Assembly: GCA_976226885.1 (NCBI GenBank)
Contig: OZ320319.1
Location: 31,186,001 to 31,250,000, forward strand
DNA length: 64,000 nucleotides
Direction of reading: 5' to 3'
Origin: Iphione sp. A-MEVVRFRX5
Lineage: Eukaryota
The translations under genes were made by a program, and so were the position numbers. Below, in pieces: positions 1-12,838 of this stretch. Each line of letters begins with the position of its first letter. Position 1 is the stretch's first letter. The notes under the pieces are model-generated. The model saw nothing but the letters and a program-made list of their open reading frames with translations. It was not told where the DNA came from and ran no database searches.

Positions 1-760
1 TGCATGTGCATATAACGTCCGTTTTTGATAATTTCATGCAAAGGTATGCAACTTTACGTATAGGGTCTGAAACAAGGATCTAGAGCCAAGGTTAGGGTGA
101 TAAATGCATGCATGAAATGGACTAAATTTACGTATCATCAATGTGCATACTATCAATACAAAACCTTGCAAATACATCGGACTTGACTCAATTTCAACTA
201 ATTTCCACCAAAACTGTAAAATTTCTAGATAATCACATATTTTATTTTTTAAAATGCCATTATGGTCATGGAAACATTGCAGAATGGGACGCTTCACAAA
301 TTGAAAGCACAGTACACATACACATGCTACACTTAACGGATAATTCTATCTAGACATGCTAGACTATATACATCGTCTCTAAGGCTAAAGCGCAAATTAT
401 TATTACAGAATTTAGACAAATTGTCTCAAGTTCGTGTAATTTCGTTAATACACAGGTTACAACTCCTTGGTATTGTTCATGATAACCAGAGAGGACGTAC
501 AAGATCGAGCATCTCAAGACGATTGTCACTGTGGAAACCAAGGCTTACCAAGACCAAAAACAGCTTTCTATATAATGGTATTAAGTTGTGGAATAGTCTC
601 CCATGCAAAATGAAGTCATCTCCACAATTGAGTGGAAAGAAACTACTAGCACACATCTGCAATTGACCGTATTAATTGTAAAGAAACAATTATATTCACA
701 CTGATACCTCAATCTTGATGTAATGAGACGTGAATAAATATTACTTGACTTGACTTGACA
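1..760 (+). mobile_element. 3' end of a degenerate non-LTR retrotransposon (CR1/L2-like LINE)
   Basis: Frame at 562-603 reads SFLYNGIKLWNSLP, matching the typical C-terminal SFxYxGxKLWNxLP motif of CR1/L2-type ORF2. AATAAA at 733-738 is followed by a (CTTGA)3 tail at 744-758. Upstream frames are interrupted by stops. Confidence 0.7.
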
Positions 761-3076
761 CTTCACATATGTGCAAGGAAGCAATCCAGTAGATCACCAG
801 AGTCCACAAAATCCACTGTGAGAAGACATGTGCACGATTTCGACCATGAAAACATTTGTTCTTAGAAATTAAGCCCTAGACCGTTTTTCCTTACCGTTGG
901 AGGTCCCACATAGAACTTTGTTTGTCCCCCCCATACACATGATGCATTGGTGTGGACATAAGTGCTGCATAAGGACATAAGGACCAGGGTTTATGTGTCT
1001 TATACAATGTCCAATTGCCGACTTAATGACGCTCTGGGTGGACTACACAGCATGAAAAAATGGCACGCGGAAAGGTTCCTGCATTGTGAGCTCAATTGTA
1101 GACAGCATAGATATTTCTAAGGAAAAGCAGGCGTACATATGTTCGATCTTCGATGTAAGGCAGTGCATTCGCAATACTTGCGCCTGTGGATATAAGGAAA
1201 ACTATGGAGTATGAAATGTTCGGCGCGGCTCTCTTCTGAGGGGGTCTAACAGTCAGACGATGTAGAGAAGGCCCTGTTCGGATGGGTTATCTGACCTGGT
1301 GAAGATCTGCCATGCCCCCTTCCGGTCAACCCTAATAATTGTATCCACTCGCGGGCAGGGAACATATTAACATCGTTTCGGATGTCGGTGCTCCGCGTGC
1401 ATCAAACCGAATGGCAAAATATAGGCACGAGTTTACTGGACACAGCGGCTGGCGGCCGGAGGGAGTCAGTGGGGGCGGCGGGGCGGGCGTCCGTCCCGCA
1501 CCGACGTGTGGGTGAAACGATACCGGCCTGTCTCACTTTGACGGTAAACATTTGGCCGGCTCCGATGGCAGCCGGGTCACTGAACACTGTCCCCCGGCGT
1601 CTCGGGACAGCGCCGGGTTCGGGGAGCTGGATGTATATCTTTTCTCTCGAGCCGCAATCGCACGTGGTTATAGAGGAAATGGAGCCATGGGTGGGGGCTG
1701 TCGTGTTTGTGGCGGGAGAACGTATGAGAAGGGAGGGCCAGAGGTTGTGTATTGGATTCGGGATGCTGCAGAAGGGCGTTACCGACATCGTCTGCCTTGA
1801 CCTCCAGGCAGCGTAGGTGTCTGGAGTGACTCAAGAGGTAGACGCCCGGGGATAAACTCGTCAAATGATATAGATTCCTCCGGAGGGAAAGTTACCCAGT
1901 TCCCTGGTGTCTAGATGACCAGGGACATAAATATGCTATGAATGAAATAAGGTCTATGTGTGTGGAGGAAGACAATCAGTTATCTCCACCTTTCTATGTT
2001 ACTCTCTCCTGATGTTTATGTACAGAGACACCGTTTTTATCTAATAACATGTGCTACGGTTATTTCGTTCCACCTGCATCGGTGTGATCATTTAACCTCT
2101 TTTGGAATGCAATTATACTATGTACACACGCATTCTCCGCCTTACTTCACTGTAGCTCCGCGTTACTTTATAAAGCCCTGCAAAAACAGTGTGTAAACTA
2201 CTTGAAGTACGACAATTACAAGGCAGTTTAGGCATGGGAACTGGTCACTAGTCGTCCACCTTATCTTGGATAAACCTGAGAAGTGAAACGCACTATTAAG
2301 ATCACTTCGTCTGCTGCCCTGACGCCAACTGGGGGGTTCTCATGTCGAAGGCTGTAATCAACTGTCCGTGAACTGAGTGCCCAAGCCCATGGCCCCTGTT
2401 TTCCTGTTGGCATACTATGCTCTCTTGGCATGGAGGAATTCGCCCCGCAGCTAGGAGGAATGAACTCCTGATGGTGATCCCGGCTGGAATGAGTGACTGT
2501 TCAATCGCCTTCGACCATCTGGTGCTCGGTACGGATGGCTTCCGTCCATGTATGGGACGAGACGTCCGGTCGGCCCCCGACCGTCCTCAGCCCCTGGGTT
2601 CCCTGTGGCCTGGGGATGACCTGTAAAAGCGGTCACTTATCAACCACATGGCCAGCTACTCGGTACGTGGACCCCACACGAACACGGGGACGCTGCAGAC
2701 TTCATGCTTACCTGAGTTTTCCATTCATTCTCCACCCAGTAATGCGATAATTATCCCGAATTAAAGCGAAGATTCGTCATCGCAGGGAAGTCAATGAGGT
2801 CATACAGGTCCATCGGTGTCGCCATTACGGCAAAATTGTAGACAGCGGGTATTAATTAAAATAGAAAAATATGAATAAAGGGTGAACCGCCCAAGCATGT
2901 TATTATTTGCTAAGGATGTTAACAAAATTAAGATTAATATGATACGTATGGTATAGTTATTCCCAGGGAAAGAAGGATTTGCGGGGGGGCGGGGAGGTGG
3001 GGGGAGGTTACAACATTTGTTATTGCTCTGTGTTCCCTTCATCTTCGAGTGGGGATCGTCGATGTACTTTTCTTAG

Positions 3077-3301
3077 CAAAAGCACCTGGCTGAAGTGGTC
3101 AATAAAGGATGCAGTGAATTGGGCGCACCTGGTGGCAGTGTGGCCCACCACCACCATCACCACCGCCACCACCAGCAGGGGTCACTCATGTCGGACGCTG
3201 GGAGTAGAGGTGGCGCTCAGTTGCCTGGTGGTTGGGGTCAGCCGCCCGCCTCCTGCTGCGCCAATGATATGCCATTGTTGTCGGGGGCGTACGGCGGCTG
3301 A
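3077..3301 (+). CDS. Possible terminal coding exon of an upstream gene; Gly/His-rich peptide QKHLAEVVNK...HHHHHHRHHQQ...SGAYGG*
   Basis: Acceptor-like tacttttcttag ends at 3076, followed by an open phase-0 frame to TGA at 3299-3301 and AATAAA at 3682-3687. No recognisable domain; could be a repeat-derived chance ORF. Confidence 0.25.
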   Translation, partial: QKHLAEVVNKGCSELGAPGGSVAHHHHHHRHHQQGSLMSDAGSRGGAQLPGGWGQPPASCCANDMPLLSGAYGG

Positions 3302-4583
3302 AGGCCCTGCGAGCCGTCCATCCACCCCCTTGGCGCTGACATCGCGGGGCCTGCCTCCGTCTCCTGTTGACCGGCTGGCCCTGCCGCCCCTTGACGCCTA
3401 TCTATCTTCACCAGTACCCTCAACAGGCTACTCCTGGGGCAAGGACTAGCCTGCCGAGAGGCTGGGTGGCGAGTGGGGGGAAGGTAGGGGTGGGGAGGGT
3501 AAGGGAAAGCCGGTCGAAAGCGGCTGTGGGTTTTGTGGTGTCAAGGGATAATCGGCACCATTGTGCATGCCTTATTATTGTAACCCTTGTCTCGACTGTC
3601 ATCGATCCTGAGATCTATAAAAGCGGCTACATCTTTGCACCGGAGGGGCGGCTGCACGAAGGACCTGGCATGCTAGCTGATAATAAAAGTCGTCAATGGG
3701 AATACGGCCATGTGGTGTCCGTGGGCCTCACTGATCCATTGCGCGATCCCACTGTTAACCAATACAGGCTTCCTTCTTACAGAAATGTGCTGTTCGTGAT
3801 ACCTTTTAAAAACATATCTTGGCCGACCCATTTATACTTATTTGTCAACTTCGGTTTGGTATTGATCTAACCATACCTCGGTACGATTGGTTCAGTAATT
3901 TAGATATAGATCTAAGTCAACATCTTGATATGTACATGTGCATATAATAGACCGTGTGTACGCTATTCTCTGAAGTTGTAGCAGCCCTGGATTGTCTATG
4001 CGTTCTACGTTTAAGTGGTTACAAGTAACTGACTGCATTTAAATGGAGAGACTATGCATATCGCTTCTTTCCCTGGCACGAAGACCACGTGGTTAAAAAA
4101 TGACTTGCAGCACTTCTGTGATCTATCTGATCGATACAGGATGTCTGAGTCGGTAATTTATGTGACAGTCGAGCTTCATCTTGGTACCTTACTTATTTTG
4201 ACCGATATGAGGTCTGGGTGTTTTTCCGTGGCCTTTTTTGTAAAAGTAATTCGTAAGTTGAGGCCCCCTTTTAACTTTAGGTACCATACAACGATATCAG
4301 CGCCCTCTACCGAACGTTTCCACGAAGAGACAGCACAATAACCATGCATTACATTTAGAAGTAAACAATGTGATCGCTGTGGTGTAGACACTTACAGATC
4401 CGTGATGTATTACACCCCCTAACCGGGAACTGGCCCAGGCACATGAAGTACCTACGAAGATACTAGTATCTAGGAGTTATGGGAATAGTTGTGTTGTGGC
4501 TCGCTGGTGGTAGTGAGTGTCTGGGGGGGAGGTGGTTGGGGGGGAGGGCAAGGAAGAACTTCATGGCTTGATGATATATGACC

Positions 4584-4597
4584 TCACTAGGTGGCGC
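4584..4597 (+). promoter_or_regulatory. CTCF-like motif TCACTAGGTGGCGC
   Basis: One mismatch to the CCASYAGRKGGC core, followed by GC. Confidence 0.4.
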
Positions 4598-7218
4598 GTC
4601 GACCTTGCCCTCCCTTTGGTGTCAATCACTGAGGTGGAGAGTTGACGCGTTGTATGAGGTTTATGATGTATCTTGACAGACGCTGGGGCTCCAGGGGTTA
4701 GGCGCAATACCCAGCCTCCACAGTCCCTCTCCTGTTACACCTCCACGATTTCCCTTTTCCCCCAGTTTGCTTGCAACCCCGATTGGCCAACCCCTCTTGG
4801 TACTAACCCTAATAATGTAAGGCAGCAGACCCATGGAGGTCCACATACCTGGTGCAGCAATGTTCGCGCACAAAAAGAACATGCATCCATCAATGTCCAT
4901 TTGCTACAGGGAAAAAAGATCTCTGTTCATCCACTATCTGGATACATTTGCCTCTAGTGTGCCATTCAAGGCGTACATTTTTAAGAAGCCACACTTATCA
5001 TCCTGAGGGAGACCATCAAGATGCATGGTCAGGCCTGACAGAGATTGGTCCTTAAATTCTCCCACAGTATGAGATGCTAATCGAATCCCTGTGCACCCTA
5101 GGGATTAATAAGCAAGTGGAGTGGGCGCGATTGTTCTGCTTGCCTAACCACGTTCACGGTCACCTTTGCAGGCCGGATAGGGGATCGCTTTGAAGTCTCA
5201 CCTGCTTCTAAACTGCGCCTTACAACTTGGTGTAAATTTACCCGACCATTATCTTATCTCCAGGGGTAATTGGACAGGTATCAGTGTTCACAGTTGCCGC
5301 ACGGGAGTACGAGATGTATAGTGCGGGAAGTGTCCTGCATGGTTGGTCGGAGGAAAGAAAAGGAGAGAAAAGAAAAGAGAAAAGTTGTGATTGTCTCAAA
5401 AGGAGTTGTGTAGTCTAAACTTTCAACGCCGGCAACCACGTTTATATTTATAACACACATAGCATATTCCGTTTTCAGACAGTCTTACTAAGCAGAAAAA
5501 AGGATGCTATTCTCTCATCACTTCAAAGAGAGAAAAGGAATCTTGTCCGCCCTTCCTTTTGTTCCCTCGGGGTAAGTTTCTTTATCGGACGGAGAGAAAC
5601 GTGAAGGGCGCACTGAAAACAACCTTGAGGTGATCAATTGAGAGCTACCGATGAATATGTGTGAAGGTAGTCTGACGTTCGATAAAGTGATAACACCACT
5701 CAGATGCACCCTACAATCGACTATCTTTGGAAGAACACTCGATTCCTAGGTAGATAACTGCTTAACTGTGTCTCGTACATTCTTGCATGCAGAACAATTC
5801 TTACAGCAAAATCTTTTGATGGCTGGCCGGAAGGGGGACCCCTTTCTACAACACTCGAAACTCAGGGCACGTAAACTTCTGGGTAACCATCAACCTTTTG
5901 ACACACCAACCCTCGCTTCGCATGACCCCGTTTGACTACACAGGAATTAAGGCTTATTTTTGAAGTGAAACGTCAAAGGAACAGCCTGGTGTGGCAATTT
6001 AAACGGGGAATATGTTTACTTTAGAATGATTGAGGCCATAAGCTTGCAAACTACCCGACAGGTTGACAATTTCTGTCTACTTCTGCGCAGGCGGCGTGTG
6101 TTTACATAAAACATATGCTGTGGCCAAGCTCTTGAGCCAACGGTGGACTTTTTTGTTGTGTTTATTCAGTGTCATTCTGATGGAGGACTCACGTGAAAAC
6201 TTTGCTCCGTGGATTTCACACCTGAAGATGCCAACATAAAACACGGGTCTCTCAGGATCCTGTTTGCCGTATTAGGCCCGTAACTAAAGGCATTATACAC
6301 AAGCCCGCTCAGGTGGCCCTCTCGAGATAAGCATTCGTCAAAAGCGTTTTCGGATTCTTCGGGTTTCCATACAAAACTTAGCCAGACTTATTAGATCGGA
6401 TCCAAGTACCAATTCGGCCCATCCCGCGTGGGCGCCCGTAAATGTACGGTCCACTTGAGCCCTTCAGGGCATTTCAAATTAGTTTGAAATGTGATGGGAC
6501 GCCCGTACCTTCTCGCGTCACCTTTGGCCCTCTGAATATCTCAAAGATTCCCTCTGTAGCACTTTACTTCAATATATGGGAACAATTCACATTTCCATCC
6601 TATGTGCTGTGAAGTTGAAATGTTATAAATCACAAGGGAGAAGATTCATTTTATGCTTTGCTCTTAATTTGCTGACCTGTGCGTGGTCTTTGATCGATCC
6701 TGTGTGTCCTTTGGTAGGTCACCTGCATTATGGTAGTTGATGGGCTCATAAATAAGCGTAGGAAGTCTCCACCTCTTGTTGTTAAACCAATACAACCCAC
6801 AGGGACTCGAGCAGGACTTTGGGAGGACCCACCAATATGTTTTCCACGTGCACGTCCCTGACGATTCTGAATGCTTGACCAGCATTGTTTCGCAGCGGTC
6901 GCTTCCCTCCATTAGATATACTCTATGGTGACTCGACTGGCTAATACGGTTTTGGAGAACCGTTATGGTTCCCCGGAGGACGCACTGTGTACATCGTAAC
7001 GAAGTTATTGCTGAGAGGAATACAATACACACCTCAGCGCATCAGCATCGACAGAAGGGTCAGCTCTACAGGTATGTACGAGTCTGTGACTTTCACTCTA
7101 TGAGCAGAATCATTTCTAATACCTCCCTACATGTCCAGCTTTCAGTAAATGCATTGCCCCTGTCCTTTCAATATAGCAGTGTAGAGTCCTCAAACAATAA
7201 AGTCGCCTTCGGTGCTTG

Positions 7219-7480
7219 AAAGTCAAAGTCAAAGTATTTTTATTGAGCATCATTGTCACTTCAACTAAGTGGTTCCCAATATGCGCTCAGATGAGTATAC
7301 AACAAAACATATAGTAACAATAATGACTATTATACATCTGGGTCCTCTCTTACTCTTACGGAGTCTCCTGCCGTATACTCACTACGGCCGAGAACTATGT
7401 ATACATTTTACTGTACCGATATCTTACACCATCTCCTTAGTGCTAATGGACAGTTTGAGAGAAGTTTAATGAGTCGAAAA
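7219..7480 (-). mobile_element. 3' tail of a LINE/SINE relic on the minus strand
   Basis: The minus strand reads AATAAA (7244-7239) then a (TTTGAC)n-type tail (plus strand aaagtcaaagtcaaagt, 7219-7235). The right boundary is uncertain. Confidence 0.4.
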
Positions 7481-7513
7481 ATCACCATTTATACATATAT
7501 AAATGCATATATG

Positions 7514-7515
<2 letters not shown>

Positions 7516-7558
<43 letters not shown>
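7516..7558. repeat. (GA)n microsatellite
   Basis: About 18 perfect GA units plus a degenerate end. Confidence 0.95.
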
Positions 7559-7559
<1 letters not shown>

Positions 7560-10500
7560 AAACGATTTGTTTTGAAGTAATACAGTGTATATGCAGTTTG
7601 GCATGATATCTCGAAAGATTCCTCCTGTCATCCTCAGTAGACCTACTTGTAAGCAGTGATTTATATAGGCGGTGTAGACACTTACAATAGCAATGTACGT
7701 TAAACAGAAAAATTGTTTAAGATGAGGATACACTTTTAGTTCAGCCAAATACATTTTTTTTGCAAGTGAGATGTGGTGGAGCAAGTTTCAACGCCGCCTC
7801 TTTTGTAGGCAGTGTGTGTATTATGGCTCTGCGACCGAGAATCTTTTCAAAACAATTTCTCTTTAGCCGAGATAAAAAGAGAGCATCAGCCATTCACACA
7901 CGCCTATGGGTGTGACATGTACTGTACCTGCAGGACCAGGTGTGGATGATGGACCGCTGTGAGCGCCACCTGTCACTGTGTGTAAGAACGACACCCTCCC
8001 CAAACCCCTGGAGGTGCGTGCGCAACCAGTGTCGAGGTCCAGGTGGGTACTGAGTGGTATAGGACGATGGGGGCAGTGAGGAAAAGTGGGACACACCCTG
8101 GGGCTTGGTAGGGCTTAGGATACGACATAATAGGCAGGGATGGTTATTTCATGGGGGCGTGGGGTACCCGTCTTTTGTCTGGTTGCAATTTCCCCGTATA
8201 TTGTAATGCTGGTTCAAAATGCTATTAATGACTTCTAAACAACCATGATCTATATTTCACCCTCGGTGGCCATCTTGTCACTTCTCCTCCTCTCCTAGGT
8301 GCAGTGTAATGCAATATTCGCGAAACAGCAATTACTACATTGCAAACAGCGTGCGCTTACATTCGAAACCAACATTCAGTGAAGCTTGGAATACATCTAA
8401 GAGCACTTGTTATAAAGGGGCTTTCGAAGATAAAAAGTTAGCTCTTGGACTTGAAGTGGAGAAGGGAACACACAAAAAAAATTGCAAGGGCATGTATGGC
8501 ATAAATATGGAAACGTCTTTATTGGTATGTCACCTCACAGACGTAGCCTATTTTTGAGTATGCTTTCTCAGGACCACAATCTGCACCATATCCTTTATTG
8601 GGAACCGTTTTAAGGATGCTTCACCTCTCATGTTTGAGTCAATAAGAGACTAAGAAAAAAAACTGACAATGAAGATGTCTTCCAGCGAAGTAGCCCCTGC
8701 TTGTGATAGGTCCCATCAGCAATAGTGCTCTCATTTGAGAACAACATCATCACACGTTTGGTTCGGAACAGACTCATGGGAATGTTGACAATGGTACTAC
8801 TCCAGCCTCCACCAAATTTACCTTTTTCCTTCCCATTCCACCTACAGTGTACATGTATATGGAGTTAATCTGTTCATCATTAGTTTTTTTTACGTTAGTC
8901 GAACAACCAATTACATTTTATGTACAACTAATATAATTTTATGGATAATGTTTAGAACGTCGTGGTATACGGAGTCCTCGGATAGATTACTTTCGGCATT
9001 CTTATTGTTATCAATATTCTGGTTTCATTTAAACAAGGACTTGATGGAGCCTCCAGGCCATTTTGCCTTCATTGTAGATAACGGTCTCCCTGTACTGACT
9101 ATATATCATCTGTATTGATCTTAATACACATAATTAAGGTTAGCGGTTTTATCAAACAGCACCAAAAGATCCTGGATGTTACAACTCAGAGACGCCGAAC
9201 TGATAATTAAACTGGGGTATAGCCATTTTGTCAACTGTAAGGCAGGACCAGGATGTGGGCCTAGAGGCATTTCGCTGATTCGTTTCAAGGTATCTGGTTT
9301 GGGCGCTATCATTTCGCGAGACGCTGTACCTTCGTCTGCCGTGTTCTTTGCTCTGCTGTCCTACGTGAATTTCTTCAATTTTCTTAAGCCCACCACGACG
9401 TGAACAGTTTCTTTAGAAAGTAGATGTCTGTGTTGGCAGGTAGGTCACCGTGGTCATGATCTCTCAGGGATGAAGCTGTCGGCTTATCTTCTGACATGCG
9501 GGATGAACCAGGCGACCTCTGCTCGGCGTTCATTGCCCAGATCGGCAAGATGGCTGAAGGTGGCTCCTCTCTGCGCTGAACGTCCATTCACCAACTAACA
9601 GATCGTCAATAATGAACAACGTATTTTCTCAGTCATTCTAAAGTGTTGACGACACCTAAATCCCTCCATCAAAGTTTTTCGACCTACTCTAACAGTTAAC
9701 GTGTAGTTTAGAAATGTCTTTAACAATTTCATTTCCTGGGGATAAATAATCTTTATAACCAATGCCTTCCCGCGTATTTACGTGTGCTATGTCCTTCTTA
9801 AAATGCAGCTAAAACTGTTTATATTGATAAGGCCAAAAGGGTCTCTAAGTATTGTATTTGAACACCGCATTCCACTAAATGTTACCTCAGGTTATGAATA
9901 TAACCAACAAATCTGTATAGCATGTCAGCGGAAAAGTACCAATAGAACCAGGTTTATAGGTGCTCTGAAAAAGACGCCGTGGATGATAAAACCTTACTCT
10001 CTGCCGTTAAATAAGAATATTATTCTCTACTGTGCCTCGTACAAGAAACATTCGTTCACCTTTTTCTCTTGCACCATAAAGGTGTTATCGGACACGCCTC
10101 AACATTCATGCTCGCCAGTTTACTACTTACTATCTGACCGTACCGCTTTAGTTCGTACATGTATATCCCTTGGTTTTCGGATAGACCTGTCGACCTACTT
10201 TTGATGCTTATCCAAATCATCTCTTGGCACTTGCAGAAGTTCTTAGTCGTCATTGAGGAGCCAGAAAGATTTTCTCAACTATTTTATGGCCATCTGTCGT
10301 GATGACGCATATGTCTTCTAATTGTTCCGATTATAACGTCGTTTTCTCAGATAGTTCTGACTCTGAGTTGATACGCACATCTGGCACATTTGGCTATCTG
10401 CTTTCTTCGTAATTTGGGAAACCACATGCCATATTACCACTGAGACCGTTTTAAAAACGGATATTAATGGTTTGTTTTAATTGTAGTCATTTTATTCTCA

Positions 10501-10879
10501 TCGCTGGTTTTTATCAATATCACATGAAGTGGTAGTTCGTAGAAACTCCAAATTACAGATGGTTTTGCTGCCATAGAAAATCCGCCATGGTAATTTTTTT
10601 CGGTTGTTGCACATTTATCTTCACCAAAGTTGAAGATATTTTTTCTTCTAAGGCAGGTATTAGCTAGTTACAGTAAGAGGTTCTTCTTCCCTACTAGATT
10701 TTATGTATCACATAAAGTCACAAAGTAATCCATAAAGGACATAAAGTTCATGACAATAAACAATTAGGACTGTAGCTTCTCTTATAAGGGCAGGGGTGAT
10801 GGTGCAAATGCCCGGAGATATGCACAGCATTAAACGGGACTATAATGTATAGACCAGGTAAGACAAGAATCCCTCCTTC

Positions 10880-10995
10880 ACCTTCTCTGTCCCACTGTCT
10901 CTCTCTCTTTGTCTCTGGATCCTTTTTCTCTTACTGTCCCTCTTCTCTCTCTCGCCTGTCTTCCTTGTTATGTCTTTTATTTCCTTCTCTATCTG
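10880..10995. repeat. Degenerate CT-rich low-complexity tract
   Basis: Runs of ctct/tctc with interruptions. Confidence 0.7.
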
Positions 10996-11229
10996 TCGGT
11001 TTGCTAGTGGGCTACTGCAGACGGCAAAAAGAAGTGGGAAGATGATGACCCTCCCTTTTGCTCCAGCCTGTCTGCAGGACTTCCTTCATTGCCAAAGGGT
11101 AGCGGAAGAAAGCAGCAGAAGAAAGATGTGACGGGGCGGTGTGGCAGTGCCGGGGTGAAGATTCAAAGAGACCATTAATTTCAGTCAGTAATTTCCTGTC
11201 AAAATCAAATGGAACCCACTTCATTAGTG

Positions 11230-11900
11230 CAGGCCTGATATGTCCTTCGCACGTAATAGACAATGGTGACCGAAGTAAGCAGCTATGGGAATATTAACAT
11301 TCTAGAGACCACGTCGATCGAGGGCGTGAATAAAGTATTCATGGCGTCTGCCAGTGGGAGGTTAGGCCTTGATCATGAGGTGCGGATGAGGAGTGGGGCC
11401 TTTGGCACGGTTAATGTGTGGGAGGGCGGGAGCAGAGTGCTCAGCTTTTAAATGCTCAATCCAAAAGCTATCTAGCGACTGACGCAGGCGCATGCCTACC
11501 CCAATTGGCTTCGTGCCAAATGGTGGTCCCTCAATTCAATTATCAACAGTTCTGTTTAATCAACTTCGGATATTCTTAGTTTCCTTTTGTTTAAAGGGTG
11601 TTAGGATAGATATCCGCTGCCGGTGGCAGTGCCATTTCCAATTGCTTCATGATGAATGGGGTAATATTACATGGATGGGAGATCTTAACAAAACATCCCT
11701 TTAAGCAGTGAGAGGTTTAGCCATATTGAAAGCGATGCCATGCGATTTAACGTAACCACACGAGCTCGTGAGGCCTTTGAATCCACAGCAATACAGATAT
11801 GCTTGTAAGGGGAGTCCAAAATATACCCTGTAATTCCAGTCAATCCAAGAGAATTATGAGCATTTTTCTTCGTATTCACATGTTATCAACCGGAAATGTC
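11230..11900 (-). mobile_element. Highly degenerate LINE ORF2 relic
   Basis: Minus-strand translation with stops gives TLLPPSHTL...RTS*SRPNLP...SRML, like LINE C-termini, and VKSHGIAFNMAK, like the post-YADD WxxxNGLxFNxxK segment. The resemblance is weak. Confidence 0.3.
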
Positions 11901-12695
11901 GGTCTGCCGCTGAAATATGAATACCATATCTAGCAGATGCCAGATTTCTCAGGGTAGAAAATTAGCAGGCTGTCCTTCATTTCCGTTATTGGATAATTCG
12001 CAGTAATCTAATGGTGATTTTCGTCTCACCAGCTGGGAGCACTAAGTGCCCCGCTGTTATAGTTCCATTAATCATGGTTCGGTCTCCCATGGGAAGAAAC
12101 CTCACTGCATTAATCATGTATGCAAATGGCCAGGGTATGCTTCAGCAATAACAATTGGGGGAAAGAGGTTGGCTGAAAGTCAAGAATAACATCAAGTAAA
12201 AAAGGTGAAAGATGTCTTTAATCGTAGACCTGAATTACGTGTGTTGTATATTTGCCCGCCGAAGAGTTCAGATCACCGGATGACATATTGACAAGACTTT
12301 TTTTTCTCCATCTTTTCAAAAGGCTGTTATTATCGATCTTTGCTGGCTTCTCCATCTAGTTATATGTAAATGCACACAAATCTCAATCTATTGTTGTTTT
12401 CATAGTCAACGTATTACCCTTTTTAACAATGCATCGTGACATCATTTAACCCTCTCAGATCTATCAAAAGTGGTGTGCTATTTGAAACTCCGAAAGTCAT
12501 ATATTCCTCTGTGCGCGAAATATCTCCAGTTAGATTTGATGTATGAAAAGACAGCAGGTCTTCCGGTAGACCAATCAGATATTCCGAATTAATCACGACA
12601 TATTTTGAGACCCGAGAATAGTCTCAAAGGAACTCATGCTGATGCCCTATAATTAGTGATACTGGTTGTTCATGCCCTTCTTTTCTGTTTTGCAG

Positions 12696-12838
12696 TTGAT
12701 TCGGAAAATGGTCTTGACTCCCATCCATTGACGAACTCCATCGATTTCATCTGGTCCAAGCAGACAGTAGCGGCGGGCGACACAGCCGTTCTACATTGCA
12801 GCTTCGATGCTATCTTTTCTCAGCTCAGAAATGGAAAC
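12696..12838 (+). CDS. Lachesin/amalgam-like 3-Ig protein, first identified coding exon (N-half of Ig1: VDSENG...GDTAVLHCSFDAIFSQLRNGN)
   Basis: Acceptor ttttctgttttgcag and donor AAC|gtgagt; 143 nt, phase 1 to 0. Carries the Ig B-strand Cys and joins in frame to IDWVK at 53259, giving canonical Cys-to-Trp spacing. Confidence 0.85.

Noticed and set aside
1402-1864. LINE-like peptide hints (SVT...WPSL, TRR) in minus-strand ORFs
   Set aside because: The matches are too short and spread over different frames to support a call.
6470-6491. Isolated hairpins and palindromes (6470-6491, 15783-15796, 26157-26173, 37492-37514)
   Set aside because: Stems of 7-9 bp are expected a few times by chance in 64 kb, and no shared context was seen.
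12656-12695. Apparent signal peptide MILVVHALLFCFA in the ORF track
   Set aside because: It starts at GTG just after an in-frame TAA and is the translated polypyrimidine tract of the acceptor; there is no ATG in frame.
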